DNA of 64,000 nt, taken from positions 12,404,660 through 12,468,659 of the forward strand of contig JAHRHZ010000032.1 of NCBI GenBank assembly GCA_024137785.1. Direction: 5' to 3'. Positions 50,230-62,676 of the stretch are shown here, piece after piece. Numbering within the stretch: position 1 is the stretch's first letter; the number at the start of each line of letters is the position of its first letter. Both the position numbers and the translations under genes were made by a program. The notes under the pieces are model-generated. The model did no database searches. It saw only the letters and a list, made by a program, of their open reading frames with translations, and was not told where the DNA came from. The DNA is from Ginglymostoma cirratum. Lineage: Eukaryota.

Positions 50230-50793
50230 GCTGCCTCCTGACCTCAATGAAATTTATCAAGCAAGCTGCAGCATTCCACTGCCAAAGTCTCTCCTTCATT
50301 ATGAACCTTCTTTTCTGACTAGATCACAGAACAGTTAAGTCAAAGTTGCCACCTCTTAGCACCAATGCTAATGCAATCACATGAGATATGCCAGGCTTAA
50401 CTGTTGCTTTGTCCACAATGTACTAGGTTTGTGAACTTTGCTCAGGCTTAAAGAATGTTCCTGGATACGCATTTCTTCTATGATTAGGATACACTTTATG
50501 ACTTCCATTTGTTCAGCTCATGCAATGGTTACAGTACTCGAGGAATCTCATGTGGGTGTCGCATTGCACTCACCTTGCCAAACTAAAGAAGGTCATTGAA
50601 ACACTTAAATCATTGGGCCCCTGTCCTCCTTACCATGTTATGGTTACTCACAACATTAAGCACCTCCAGCCAGTTGTCTAACTGCCTGGCCTTCTCCTTC
50701 CTTCTCAGTAAAAAAGAACAATTCTCTTTGCTGGCATGACCTCTAATGGAGGCATTTGAGAAATATGGTGTAGCTCTGGTATAGTGCCTGGCC
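50230..50793 (-). pseudogene. Harbinger Myb/SANT-like gene remnant (copy C), two exons
   Basis: Exon 1 ATPYFSNAS..WLEVLNVVSNHNMVRRTGAQ*FKCFNDLL*FGK|GTGAGT (ends 50574). Putative exon 2 after CAG near 50315 reads (E)KKVHNEGE..GSG. Confidence 0.65.
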
Positions 50794-52309
50794 TAGTGTT
50801 GGACCGCTGTGCTGTTCTCTCCCCTATCTGTGATGGAATGCCCTGTACTATGATTACTTTTTACCATTTAAGTTGGCTTGCTCTCTGTAACTTTCTCCTT
50901 TTTTCTGCACCCACTTCCCATAATTGGACATTGAATTCAATTTAGTTGCCATTTTCTTTTAAAATCTTGTTGCACCTCTGTTTTTAGCTCAGTGCAAGGC
51001 AGGGCCCCAGACATTCTTCTGAATTTGGGGTCCTAATCCCAGATCCAGCCCTTAATCTCTGAGAGATTTGAGCTCTTCATAAAAAAGAATTATTAGTAAT
51101 TATTTAAGATATATTAGTCAAGCATTATCCTAAGCACCTTTCGGCCAGGTAGGGAGCAGTGAATATGAAATATTTTCATTGGTCTAAGTTGAAACATGAG
51201 ATACTTAATGTCCCAGACCTCCGTTGTATATCATTGGTCTGCTTCCCATCTATTATGGATGAAAAGAACCTGATGGCCAGGAGGTGGAGAAGATATTTAG
51301 GTCCCCTGGCATTATTTTCCAAAAAGCAGATAAATCTAGAGGAGGAGAGTTCACTAAAATTTCATGGAAAGGCCTTAAGGCAGAGGAGGTTTCAGTTTTA
51401 TTGGTGGAACCTAACAGAGCCCTCCAGTTGCATTTAAAGTTTAACACTTAGCTTTGAGATCTTCATCTGTTCAGACTAACTGTTGATATGCTACTGCCTA
51501 ACACCATGACTTCTCCATACGTGGTTAGAATTGAATCAGATTTGATTTGATGCAAAGGAACCCTGATTCACATACTTTCATAAGGCCTTCATGTGTTATA
51601 AATCTCGCCTGCCTTTGTAACCTTGTGGGTTAAAGTGAAATCATATAAGAAAATTACATTCAATGCAGGAAAGCAACCAGTAATATTTATGTCCTGTTCT
51701 TGTTAAAATTGGTACCATGAAGTAGAACATGCCTATTTCAAAGCTAAACTTCTCATTATAGTTAATCAGCTAATTAGATGCTTCAAAGACACTGTTAAGA
51801 ACTTCCAAAGGTTGGATGGCCCAAGACCGTGTTTGGTTTATTTATTCCCTTATCTACATAGGCCTATGTCTTCCCTAGCAAATAGGTTTAAAATTTCTAA
51901 CACTGACTGGGCATCCCCTAGCCACTCCCTCATTTATATTCTTCTATGTACCTTCTAGCCTGCCTCAGGACTATCCCACTATCATCTTCTGCCCATGTAA
52001 AAATCACTCCCAGGAGATTCTCAGAATTCCTGTCACCCATCAGCCTTTACCATGTCAATTTTGTATACACCCTCTTCTTTTATCTGTGTAGGATCCAACT
52101 GATGTTTATGCAGAAAATTTGTAAGGTACCGCACCATCAGGGATACATCGCATAAGTTAGTTGGGACTCAGAAAATCTGGAAAGTCTTATGCACCCAATT
52201 CACACGTAGCTGATTTTCTGACTGGCAATATGAAGTCAAATAACAAAACTGCAAACAGCGTGCACGTTGATTATTTTACCGAAGAATAAATAATATTATA
52301 AATTCAACA

Positions 52310-52870
52310 AAGAATCACAGAATAATAACAGCATGGAAGTAGGCCATTTGGCCCATTATGCTTGCACCAGCTCTTTAAACGAGCATCATTACATTGTGCT
52401 AATCTCCAGCACCGTTGTACACTATTTCTGTCCAAATTATCATAGAATCACAGAATCCCTACAGTGTGGAAACAGGCACTTTGGCCCAACAAGTCCACAC
52501 CGACCCTTGGAGCATCCCACCCAGACTCATCCCCGCCTCCCTGAACACTATAGGCAATTTAGCATGGCCAATCCACCTAACTTGCACATCTTTGGACTGT
52601 GGGAGGAAACCGAAGTACCCAGGGAGACACGGGGAGGATGCACAATCTCCACACAGTCACCCGAGGATGGAATCGAATCTGGGTCCCTGGTGCTGTGAGG
52701 CAGCAGTGCTAACCACTGATCTGATCCTTCTTGAACGCCACATTTGAACCGATCTCCATCGTGTTGCCAGGCAGTGCATTCCATATCCTAATTGCTGACT
52801 GTGTGAATTTTTCTCCCCCCACATGTCCCTTGATTCTTTTGCACATCACTTTAAATCTATTCCCTTTTAT
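52310..52870 (-). mobile_element. CR1 3' end interrupted by an HE1-type SINE
   Basis: CAGCATGGAAGTAGGCCATTTGGCCCAT tail; GGCAGTGCATTCCATATCCTAA resumes after the SINE. Confidence 0.65.
52441..52720 (-). mobile_element. HE1-type (V-SINE) SINE
   Basis: Reverse of CAGTGGTTAGCACTGCTGCCTCACAGCACCAGGGACCCAGATTCGATTCC plus the V-domain. Confidence 0.85.
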
Positions 52871-53814
52871 TTTAAATCAGGGTGGGATTTGAACCCAACT
52901 TCCCAGAACATTACCTGGATTAACAGTCCAGTTATAAAGCCCCTAGGCTATTGCCTTTCTACTGTTGCAGTGTCCTCTGCTCAGCTGTCTCCCCACAATC
53001 CTAAGATTAGATATGGGGCTGTTGTTGATGTTCAACTTATTTCTCAAGCCCTCAGACAATGAAGGAGTCCGTGCCTATGCACAACAAGACCCGGGCAACA
53101 ACCAGATTTGGGCCATTGATTGCAGGTAAAATTTTCACCACGCAATTAGCAAGTAAGCTCTAGAAATACAGAACTTAACTGCAACCTTTTGATATATAAT
53201 GGTGTTTCCATCACCGAATCCCCATATCATACATTGATAATGGTGGTGGAAATGAAGATAATGGATCACCACTGACCATGAACTCAATTATACAGTTGAC
53301 AGAAACTTACTAGTGCATTTCAGACACAACATGTTCAGTGTTGAATAACTACTCCTTTCCCAAAACCATTCCACCTCCTGAAAAGGACAAGTCAAAAATG
53401 AGCTGGACAACGTTCGACCTTTGTGATTGAGTGAATGAGTGCAGCATTCAAGAAGATTAACAACATCTAGAATAGAGCAAGGCTTGAAAATTACACAACT
53501 AAAACACAGTGTCATCTAGATAGAGAAATTTCCCAATCAGGGCAATAAAATCAATCAGCCTAATGATATAATGGCTTCATAATCAAGATGCAAACTCAGT
53601 TGGGAATTTGGAAGCACTGTTTCAAACACTGTGCACATGTGTGTTTAGCAGCTGAGGAAGAGATGCTTGCTGAAGTGCTTATTTTATGAAGGAATTTTCA
53701 AAAAGCTTGTCAGCTATGTATGCATTGTCATCCTCAAAATTATCAGTCCAATGATTCTACTTCTTTAAGTAAAGCCCTGATAATGAAATGTTGGATAATA
53801 AGAATAAGAACAAA

Positions 53815-54535
53815 AAGAACAAGAGAGAAGTATGGAACATGAACAGGCCTTTCTGCCCTCCAAGCCTGTGTCAATCATTATGTCCTGACTAAACTTAAAA
53901 AAACCTTTTACCCTTATTTTGTCCATATCCGTCTATTTCCTCCCTATTCATGTAACTATCCAGATGACTCTTAAATGTTGCCAACATGCCTGCTTCCAAC
54001 TTCACCTCTCGCAGTGCATTCCAGGCTCCTACCATTCTCTGTGTGAAAAACTTCTCTCACACATCTCCCTTAAACTTTTGCCCTCTCACCATGAACCTGT
54101 GCTCCCTTGTAATTGAAATTACAACCCTGGGAAAAAGCCTCTGACTATCCACCCTATCTAGGCCTCTGATAATTTTGTAGGCCTCTATCAGGTCTCCTCT
54201 CAGCCGCCATCTTTCAAATGGAAACAATCCTAGTCTTTTTAACCTTTCCTCGCAGCCAATGCCCTCAAGACTGGGTAACATCCTGCTGAACCTTCTCTAC
54301 ACTCTCTGCAAAGTTTCCATTCCTCCTGGTAATGTTGCAACCAAAACTGCACACAGTACTCCAATTGCGGCCTAACAAGGGTTTTACATAACTGCAACAT
54401 GGTTTGCCAACTTTTTTATTCCATGCCCCAGCCAATGAAGGCGAACATGCCATATGGCTTCTTAATCACTTTGGCCACCTGTGTTGCCACTTTTAGGGAA
54501 CAGTGGACCTGCGCTCCCATATCTGTCTGTATGTT
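53815..54535 (-). mobile_element. CR1 (HER1-type) 3' fragment, relatively well preserved
   Basis: ORF 54057-54281 MLPSLEGIGCEERLKRLGLFPFERWRLRGDLIEAYKIIRGLDRVD. Confidence 0.9.
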
Positions 54536-55739
54536 AAGCCATCATTGTAAGATAATGGTTCTTGGTGATGACGTTTTTTGAGGAGGTACAACATGAATGT
54601 TAATGGCGTGAAAATACTTCTTTCCATGGTGGCCATAAGGTTTTTGCCATGATTCTGGATGGCCTCAAATATTGGATGATTCTTATTCACACAACATTGC
54701 TAAAAGCTGAGTAAACCATGAACGGTGGTGCATTTTGAAAGAAGAATGATGAAGATGTTTCTTACAAATGTAGTTGTCATTTTGTTGGCTCATGTGCATA
54801 CTGCACATTGACCGATATGACAAAGTTTTATTTTTAAATTCCTTCCTGGAATCTAGGAAGCACTAGCAAAATTGACACTTGTTGTCCATTCCTAGTTGCC
54901 ACTTAAAAGGTAGTGACTTTGATACCGTGAGGGCTCTCACAATTTCAAGTTAGAATTGGCCGGTGACTCTGGCATACAAATCCAGCTCCTGTCTGCCTAC
55001 AATTAAGGATATCTTGGTAAAGTAGGTCAGCTGTTTCTGTACGGATAAGGTCTGTGATGATTTTCCAACTATTTGGCTGCACCCCAGTGATAGGATAATA
55101 TCAAAAGAGATTTCTATTCTATTTCTGAAAATGTCATGAGGAACAATAGAACAAAGACTTACTTTATAGGCTTCACCAAAGGGACTAGACATATTTGAAA
55201 TGAGGAATTTGGAACCATCTCAACAAACACTACCATTTTGTGGCAGAAAGATCTCATGGAAACTAAAGGTCTCTTGTGTTGGGATGAATGGAGCAATATC
55301 ACTAACAAAATACTACGCCAAAAGGTAATATAGAAAATAAGCAACACCCAAATCTTGTTTACTATTATTAGATTATTCTCTACGGGGATCCTATTACAAA
55401 AGTGGTTATGGAATGGTGGAAGAAATGTACTGAAAAGAAAATGCAATGGGGGACTGTAGAATGGCTGTTTTGCAACTTATGAGTAAGATGACATAGCTCA
55501 TGATTGACTTACTCACTAGTGAGTAGTAAAGGCCACAGCTCCCTAATAGGTATTCACCTTTTATAAAATGATGAAAGTGCTGTTCCTCATGATGCTCTTA
55601 GAAATTGATTCCATCAGTCAGCATTATCCCAAGCCTGTTTGCATATGTGAAATCAAAGCGGGCCGCAAGAGTCTCATGAAGTGCTCCAGGACAAAAATAA
55701 ACTTACAATGACTGAAGAATTTTTATCTATTTTCCCAAA

Positions 55740-56380
55740 TGAATTAGAATTAGAATTTGGAATTAGATTTTATTGCCAGATGTATTCAAGTACAGGAATA
55801 CAGGGGCACAGTGAAAAGTGCACAAAGTTGCCATTCCTGGTGCCATCTTAGCTACAAAAGTAACTAGGTACAAAATCTTAGGTACAATGTGGAAAAGTAA
55901 GGAAATAAGTTAAAAGTTCAACATTGCTGTTCTTCTTAGTAAAAAGTAGAATAGTAAAGGAATTAAGTTAGAAGTTCAGCATTACAGTCCTCCGTTAGCC
56001 ATGGGCCTGCAGTCCATCCACGTTGGGCTTTCTCCCTCCTGCACTGGCTCAACCTCCTCTGTGTTGCCATCTCACCGCCGACGGCCAGAGTCCTGCCTGG
56101 GTGTGCCAGCCAACTCGCTGCCGGCCACTCCAGACCTCGACGATGCTGCAATGCCGCTGACCACCAGAGATCTGCCTGGCTCACCAGCCGTCTTGTTGCT
56201 GAGCCCCCAAGTCCCACTCCAGGCCTCAGTCACTGCCACTCTCCAGGTCCCAATGTTGTCACCTCCGCAATCGAGCTCTCTCCAGCATGTTAGTAAAAAC
56301 AAACTAAAAAGCTGAAAAAAGAGAAAATAAGAAGAGAAAAAGAATAGAGAAACGGATTGCATGGATGAGCCCTGGACTCA
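55740..56380 (-). mobile_element. Non-coding retroposon (family of 26508-27062) with a GC-rich core and short-repeat tail
   Basis: GAATTAGAATTAGAATT repeat then TTTATTGCCAGATGTA..ACAGTGAAAAG; A-rich block and GAGCCC at the far end, as in the 27000-27040 copy. Confidence 0.55.
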
Positions 56381-56906
56381 GCTATTTAAGAACTATCAAG
56401 AAGGTTAGGTGAGTTGGGTAATTTAATACAAAAACTGGTACTAATCTGTACACATTGCGCTCCTTGGAAAGGAGGGACAGGCTGTGACAGTTGATGTTCA
56501 GGACCTCCGCTTCTATCAGAATACTCATGTATTTTACAGCTTCTGGACTCAGCATTCAGTTGAACAATTTCAGATCAAAAGATGTTTTCAGTCTCCAGTT
56601 GCTCCTAAATAGCAATCTACTACAGCACAAGGACTACATCAGTTCAAGTAGGTAGCTCATCACCAACTTCCTCAGGGGCATCAGGGGTGAGCAATAAATG
56701 CTGGCCCAGCCAACGATGACCATATTCCATGAGTGAATCAAAAATAAAGCAGCTCGTCTCATGTTCAACTCCTCCAGAGTCCTCTTTTGTCTCTTTAATG
56801 AAGAGAGAATATTTCTGGGAACGGACAGCAGCTCAAACAGAGATACTGAGGAATGTTAGGATTCAAACACAGAACTTGGAGTTGATCAGGATCTGGGGAG
56901 GAGATA

Positions 56907-57200
56907 GAGGTGCGGGGAGAGAGAGAGAGAGAGAGAGAGAGAGTAGGGATGGACAGAGAAAGGGTGGGGAGAAGAGAGAGACAGGGCCAAGGGGAGAGAG
57001 AGAGCAGAGAGAAAGATGGGGGAAGACAGAGAGAGAGAGAGGATGAGAGAGAGAGGGACTGATGAGAGAGAGAGAGGGAGGAAACAGAAAGAGGGAATTG
57101 AGGGGGGGAAAGAGAGAGGGATTGGGAGAGAGAGACAGGGTGGGGGAGAGAGAGAGGAACGGGGAGAGAGAGCGAGACAGGGACAAGGGGAGAAAAAGGA
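56907..57200. repeat. (GA)n / polypurine low-complexity tract
   Basis: Direct reading. Confidence 0.9.
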
Positions 57201-58636
57201 AGAGTGGGTGGAACGATTAAAGGAACAGTTGTTCATTAAATCTAAATCTAAATGTAGTTTAAAGAACTAGTCTCATTATATTTGATTCTGGCTATTTATC
57301 ACTCGTAATTGAAAAAAATTAGAATAAGTTGGCGCACATGTTAGGGCAGAATCAGCTTCTAAAGTGCTGTCTGAAAATATTAATGGTTATATATTTCAAC
57401 AAGGTAAGGAAGTGTGTAATGTGAAATAGAAAATAAAGTAGCTTAGTTTTACAAATCCTCAGACATAATTGATTAGCTGTTTACAGATAAACAGCTGGTG
57501 GAAAAATACAGAAAAAGAGGACGCATGTACATTGCTCAGTAAAATATTTGGTATAAATAATAACTTCAGGTTTGACTTATTAATTCATGTACATTCTCAC
57601 TGATATAGTGCCTACTACTTACGCCATTTATGTGTTACTATCCTGTAACTTAAGAAAAGTTAAGGGATTTGGAGTTACAGGGGCAGCCTCCCATCTGATA
57701 GGATGTTGTTTTGCACCATGTTGGTCAGCTCTATGTTAAACCTGATTCCCATGTCATGTCAATGCTCTCCAGAAAACCTGGAGTGTCCTGTCCAGGGCCT
57801 AAGTCTGAGTTGCCCAAACATCAGGGTCTAGTTCTTAATTAACCTGCCTGAGCCCAAAGGAATACAAAGTACCATGTTTGACACTAACTTGGTTGGATCA
57901 GTTGCCGTGAGATGAGATGCTTCGCCAATAATTCACCTGTGGGCTGCAGTCCGGTCTTTGAGCTAGTGTTTATTCCCTTAGCCTTCAATTCTGAGGTATT
58001 TCAAGGTAGTGCAGCTGTTTGACCGTTGACAGGAGTTTGGATTATCAGTGTCGCAATTTTCTGTGGGTGGGTCCAAATGTCTTTTGGGTTGTGTTGAAGC
58101 TTCCACCTTTCAGTTTCTGTGTGTTGCCACAAGGAGGCACAGCCTTGGACATTCTGACGGAGAGGCGGCATACTGACAGGAATAGACTGACACATTTTGC
58201 TCTCTTTTTCTCATTGCTGCTAGCCAGTAGTGCAGGCTAAAACTGAAAAGCAAACTAATACACAACAACGGTTTCATGGGTGGAATGAACTATCTCTATT
58301 ATTTTTAACATCCACATTTAGTTGGCCACAACAAAGATTTTATTGCTTTTCAGCATTTCTTTATCACACTTTAATTAAACATAGTACCAGTCAAAATTGA
58401 GAAGCCAATCGAATTGTTTTCATCACTAAAAGAAATGAATTTTATTTTGCATACTAATTCGGAGAACAATAATGAAACAAAGCATCAACTTAGCATTTGC
58501 ACACAAACACGGGTATGAGATTATTTAAAAAACAGAGCCCAGTACAATAGCTAGATAAAGCAGATGTATATTAAAAGAAGTTTTTCTAGTACTTACATTG
58601 TAATTGAACCTGAGAACACAGCAGTTTATTTAATAT

Positions 58637-58861
58637 AGCAGAGTGTGGAGCTGGAGGAACACAGCAGGCCAGGCAGCATCAGAGGAACAGGAAATCTGAT
58701 GTTTTGGGTTAGGACCCTTCTTCAGAAAAATAAAAATTCTGAAGAAGTTTCCTGACCCAAAACATCAACTTTCCTGTCCTCTGGTGCTACCTGACCTGCT
58801 GTGATCCTTTAGCTCCACACTTTGTTATGTCTGACTCCAGCATCTGCAGTTCTTGCTATCT
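58637..58861. mobile_element. PLE pseudo-LTR fold-back element, second subfamily
   Basis: Arms AGTGTGGAGCTGGAGGAACACAGCAGG..CCCTTCTTCAGAA / TTCTGAAGAAG..CTGCTGTGATCCTTTAGCTCCACACT. 15-bp TSD with 1 mismatch (58622-58636, 58862-58876). Confidence 0.8.
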
Positions 58862-59429
58862 CAGTCTATTTAATATGTTGTATCCTCGTCGGTAGTGAAA
58901 TTTGTAGAATCCTCAAATTCTTGATGAATAGATATTTCTTTCATTTTATCATGATGCTGACTGTGAGACAATGAGAAGGAAACAGGTGTGAACTTGTTAC
59001 TAGTCCATGCTGTTACAAATTCATTTTATTTCTCTGTCTTTGCTATTCTGCCAAACGGTTGCTGAAAATGGTTCATTAGTGTATTCTAGAGCTTGATTCT
59101 ATAGTCTTCATAAACTGGATTGTCACATGCATATAAGTGAAACTATTTCAGATATTAATGAGATGCAAATGCTTAGAAATATGGTAGTTGCCACTCAAAG
59201 GTACAAATGCAAATTAAACTGGGAGATTCGTGGTGAGATTCATGGCACTCAACTGGTCATGTCTCGGAGAAACTTTTCTGATGCAATTTTAACTCTTTAC
59301 CTCATTGATTGTCTAAGTGAGGATTTCAGTAACCTTCTCATGCAATCACACAGCAGGAGAGTAAGAAATAGGACCTACAGTAATTATGGATAAAGACAAA
59401 AATTGACCTACAAATCAAGTTTCTGAATT

Positions 59430-60290
59430 GGGATAAGGCTGGTTTTAATAAGACAGGATCTGGGCAAAGTGGACTGGAAGCAGCAATTTTCAGGAACATA
59501 AAGGAAGCTTATGGCAGACATTGAAGAGTTAAATTGAATAGGGCTTGCCCTAGAGGAATGTAGAAAGTGTAGAAGATTGTTTAAAAAGGAAATTAAGAGA
59601 AAAAAAGGGAACATGAGAAAACACTCATGGGTAACAAAGAGTAAAATCCAATAGCATTTTATAAGTCTGTTAAGAGCAAGAGAATAACCAAGGAAAGAGT
59701 AGGACCTGTCAGGGACCAAAATGGGAATGGGTTTGTCAGCATGGTTTCATTAGGGGGAGATCATGTCTAACAAATTTGACTGAATTTTTGAAGGAGGTGA
59801 TTAGGTATAAAGACATAGCTGAGGTTTTTAATTAGTCCTTTGTATCTATATTCACAAAAGAAAAGGACAATGTAGATCTAGAAATCAGGGAGGGAGATTG
59901 ATATACTTGAACAAATAAGTATTAAGAGAAATTAGTGGTTTGAGCAGGCTTGAAAGTGGATGAATCCCCAGGCCCAGAGGAGATATATCCAAGGCTGGAA
60001 TGAGAGGCAAGGGAAAGCAAGATTGCAGGAGTTCTGACACTAATTTGCAAACTCTTTCCAGCCACCAGAGGGGTGCCAGAAGACTGGGGGACAACTAATG
60101 AAGTGGTGGAGGTGCATACAATTATGCCATTTAAAAGGCATCTGGATGAGTACACGAATAGGAAGGGTTTAGAACGATATGGGCCAACTGCTGGTAAATG
60201 GGACTAGATCAGTTTAAGATATTTGGTCAGCATGGATGAGTTGGACCGAAAGGTCTATTTCCATGCTGTAAAAATCTATGAGTCTAAGAT
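59430..60290 (+). mobile_element. CR1 fragments (N-terminal RT region plus a separate 3' end at ~60098-60288)
   Basis: TCCCCAGGCCCAGAGGAGATATATCCAAGG (SPGPEEIYPR), GTGCCAGAAGACTGG (VPEDW), and 3' tail GGACCGAAAGGTCTATTTCCATGCTGTA. Confidence 0.8.
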
Positions 60291-60437
60291 TGCAAGTGTT
60301 TACCATTGCTGATATCTTCCAATACTCATGCTTCTAGTGCAATATTTAAAGGCCAACAGCAAACTGTTTCAGATCCTCATGATACAAACCAGAAGCTGCT
60401 TTTCACACTGGAATGTTCCATTCTCATCACTGTGTTC

Positions 60438-60674
60438 ATAGCCCAGAAAGGGAACAAAAAATTCCATGTTTCACAGACAGGGATCTCACTGTCCTGCTGT
60501 ACAGATGGTAAAGGGAGGCAGTCCTTTATCCAGCCAAATGCCAATGGAAGCCATGTCAACAGGCACAAATGGCTTGAACCCACCTAGCATCCTGGGTCAG
60601 TGCTACGTCCTGAGTTATAAAGAAACACTCAGCAATGCATCAAGAAGGTCAATAATCTTCTGTTCTCTGCCAGG
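60438..60674 (+). pseudogene. Harbinger Myb/SANT-like ORF remnant (copy D)
   Basis: AQKGNKK.PCFTDRDLTVLL..REAVLYP..VSATS*V..RNTQQCIKKVNNLLFSAR|GTAAAT, with frameshifts. Confidence 0.6.
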
Positions 60675-62676
60675 GTAAATGATTCCATTTTCTCTCTGCT
60701 ACTTCGCACTCACAGGGCCACCCATCACTCTAACTCTGCCACTGAACCTACCTCTGACCAAGACTCATGGACAACAAATCCCAGTAATGCATGCACATGT
60801 CCATACATCAGCTCTCACTCCTTCATCCTCCAAAAGTACAAACCTTTCTTTCCTTCCGTGCTTCCTACTTACTCACTGGGGATACCTCACCACCTCTCCT
60901 GCTTGTCCATCACCACTAATTGCTCTTCCATCCACTTTCATCATATTCAATCCCTCCCTTGTTTTCATAAAAAAGAAAAAAAAAATTGGCCCAACCTCTG
61001 GCCAAATGGCTCCACAGCACCAAAGCTGATCTACCCATAATTTCCAGACTGGTTGGACTTGACTGCAGGACTAGCCATGTTCGAACCCTTAGACTGGAAT
61101 CGGATGAGCTCATTGACTGTGTGCAGCCACATTCACTGACTGACTGACTTTATTCCCCCTAAACCCAACAAAGCTCCCCTTTGAATTTCAGGTACGGCCA
61201 TTTGCTTGCAGCACATACCGTGTGTTTGACACATATGTAGATGGCATATGCTGTAGGTGCGATGTTGATGCAGCATGGTGCCACACAGTGACATACTCAG
61301 CCCCTTTGATTATTTACTGCTTCTCAGTAGGTTGTTATTAAATTGTCTCTGCAATCTTTATGGCTTGTTCGGTGGAATTACATGGGATTGCAATCTGACT
61401 TCTATGAAGTTTCAGCTGGTTTTATTGACAGTACTGAATTTAAATTGTAATATTTCCATGCAATGCTATTATAATAATGTGCTGAACTTCAGCTGCTAGA
61501 AACTATACAAAATTCACATTTCAAACAAAACTTTCAATCTTGATGTTTTTACCTCTGTATTTAACATTTGGAAATGATTCTTTTCATTAATATGTTTGCA
61601 CCTTCTGTCTTAAGAAGATAGTTTATTTTGATCGGGAGGAAAACATTTCATTCACAACTTATGGTCGGCCGTTTTCATTATTAGCATTAAAATGTATCAT
61701 AAAAGTTAAAGTTAAGATAGTATTTACGCATATGTAAAGCATATTATTTTACTCTGTGCAGGAAATGAACTTCAATCACTTTCTTTTTTTGAATCAAAGT
61801 TAACATCTATTTATATTTAAAATAGATATGACCTATTTTCCCTTGCATTCAATATTTGAAACACTGGCCACATTTTACAGCAAAGAAAGAATGAGATGAA
61901 AGTGAATACCAGGAGGATAAAGTGGAGAAAAACAGGAGAAGGTTTTATTCCGTTAGATAATCTATAGATCTCCTGCAGCCTATCAGAACAGCAGTGTATG
62001 GTTCAAACTCTCTAGGGAGATTTCAGCAAAAGCGCATTCAATGCTGGAAACCAATTTAAAGGGATCATCAATGGCTTGGGCCAGATTATTTTTACTGTCG
62101 CCGTAACCGTTTCTCTAGATTTTGTGGAAATGGATGATCCTGCCAGTCTTACTGAACAGCACATCTGTCACTTTCAAAACCAGGTGGTTGAAATGTCTTG
62201 TCCCAAGTCTGAAAAATCAACCCCTTATGACTAGAATGTCCCTGCCACAGAGCTAAAACTGCTGTCACAGACACATTACAATGTAGTAAATTCAAGTCAT
62301 TGATTAACACTTGCACCCACAGATATTTTGCTTGTTTGATAAGCCGAGTTAGAGCATGACATTATGTAGCTTCTTAAGCAGAAGGAAGGTTATTTGTTCT
62401 TATTTTATATACTTGCGCCTCTATTTCAGCCTTATATTGTTCTGAATCTGACATGCAATATAATTGAATTGAATTTAATTTTATGTTTTGTCCCCACACA
62501 AGTTAGTATTTTGACTAACATTCACTATCCTAACAATACAAGAAAAATCCTCCAACTAACGGATAAATCTTCCTTATGTCTTCTGATGGTCCTCTGCGTA
62601 ACTCAATTTTTTGCTATTGTTGCCTTACGTAATAGGTAATTTTTAATGGTTATCACACAGAGAATGTTTTACTTCT

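Noticed and set aside
55963-56362. Overlapping GC-rich ORFs / CpG-island-like patch
   Set aside because: Lies inside the non-coding retroposon; the ORFs reflect GC content, with no protein similarity
56729-57270. Arg/Glu-rich and Ser/Leu/Pro-rich ORFs
   Set aside because: Translations of the (GA)n low-complexity tract
62119-62234. Possible terminal exon (TTTCTCTAG|..FVEMDDPASLTEQHICHFQNQVVEMSCPKSEKSTPYD*)
   Set aside because: No recognisable protein family and no partner exons; could equally be non-coding unique DNA
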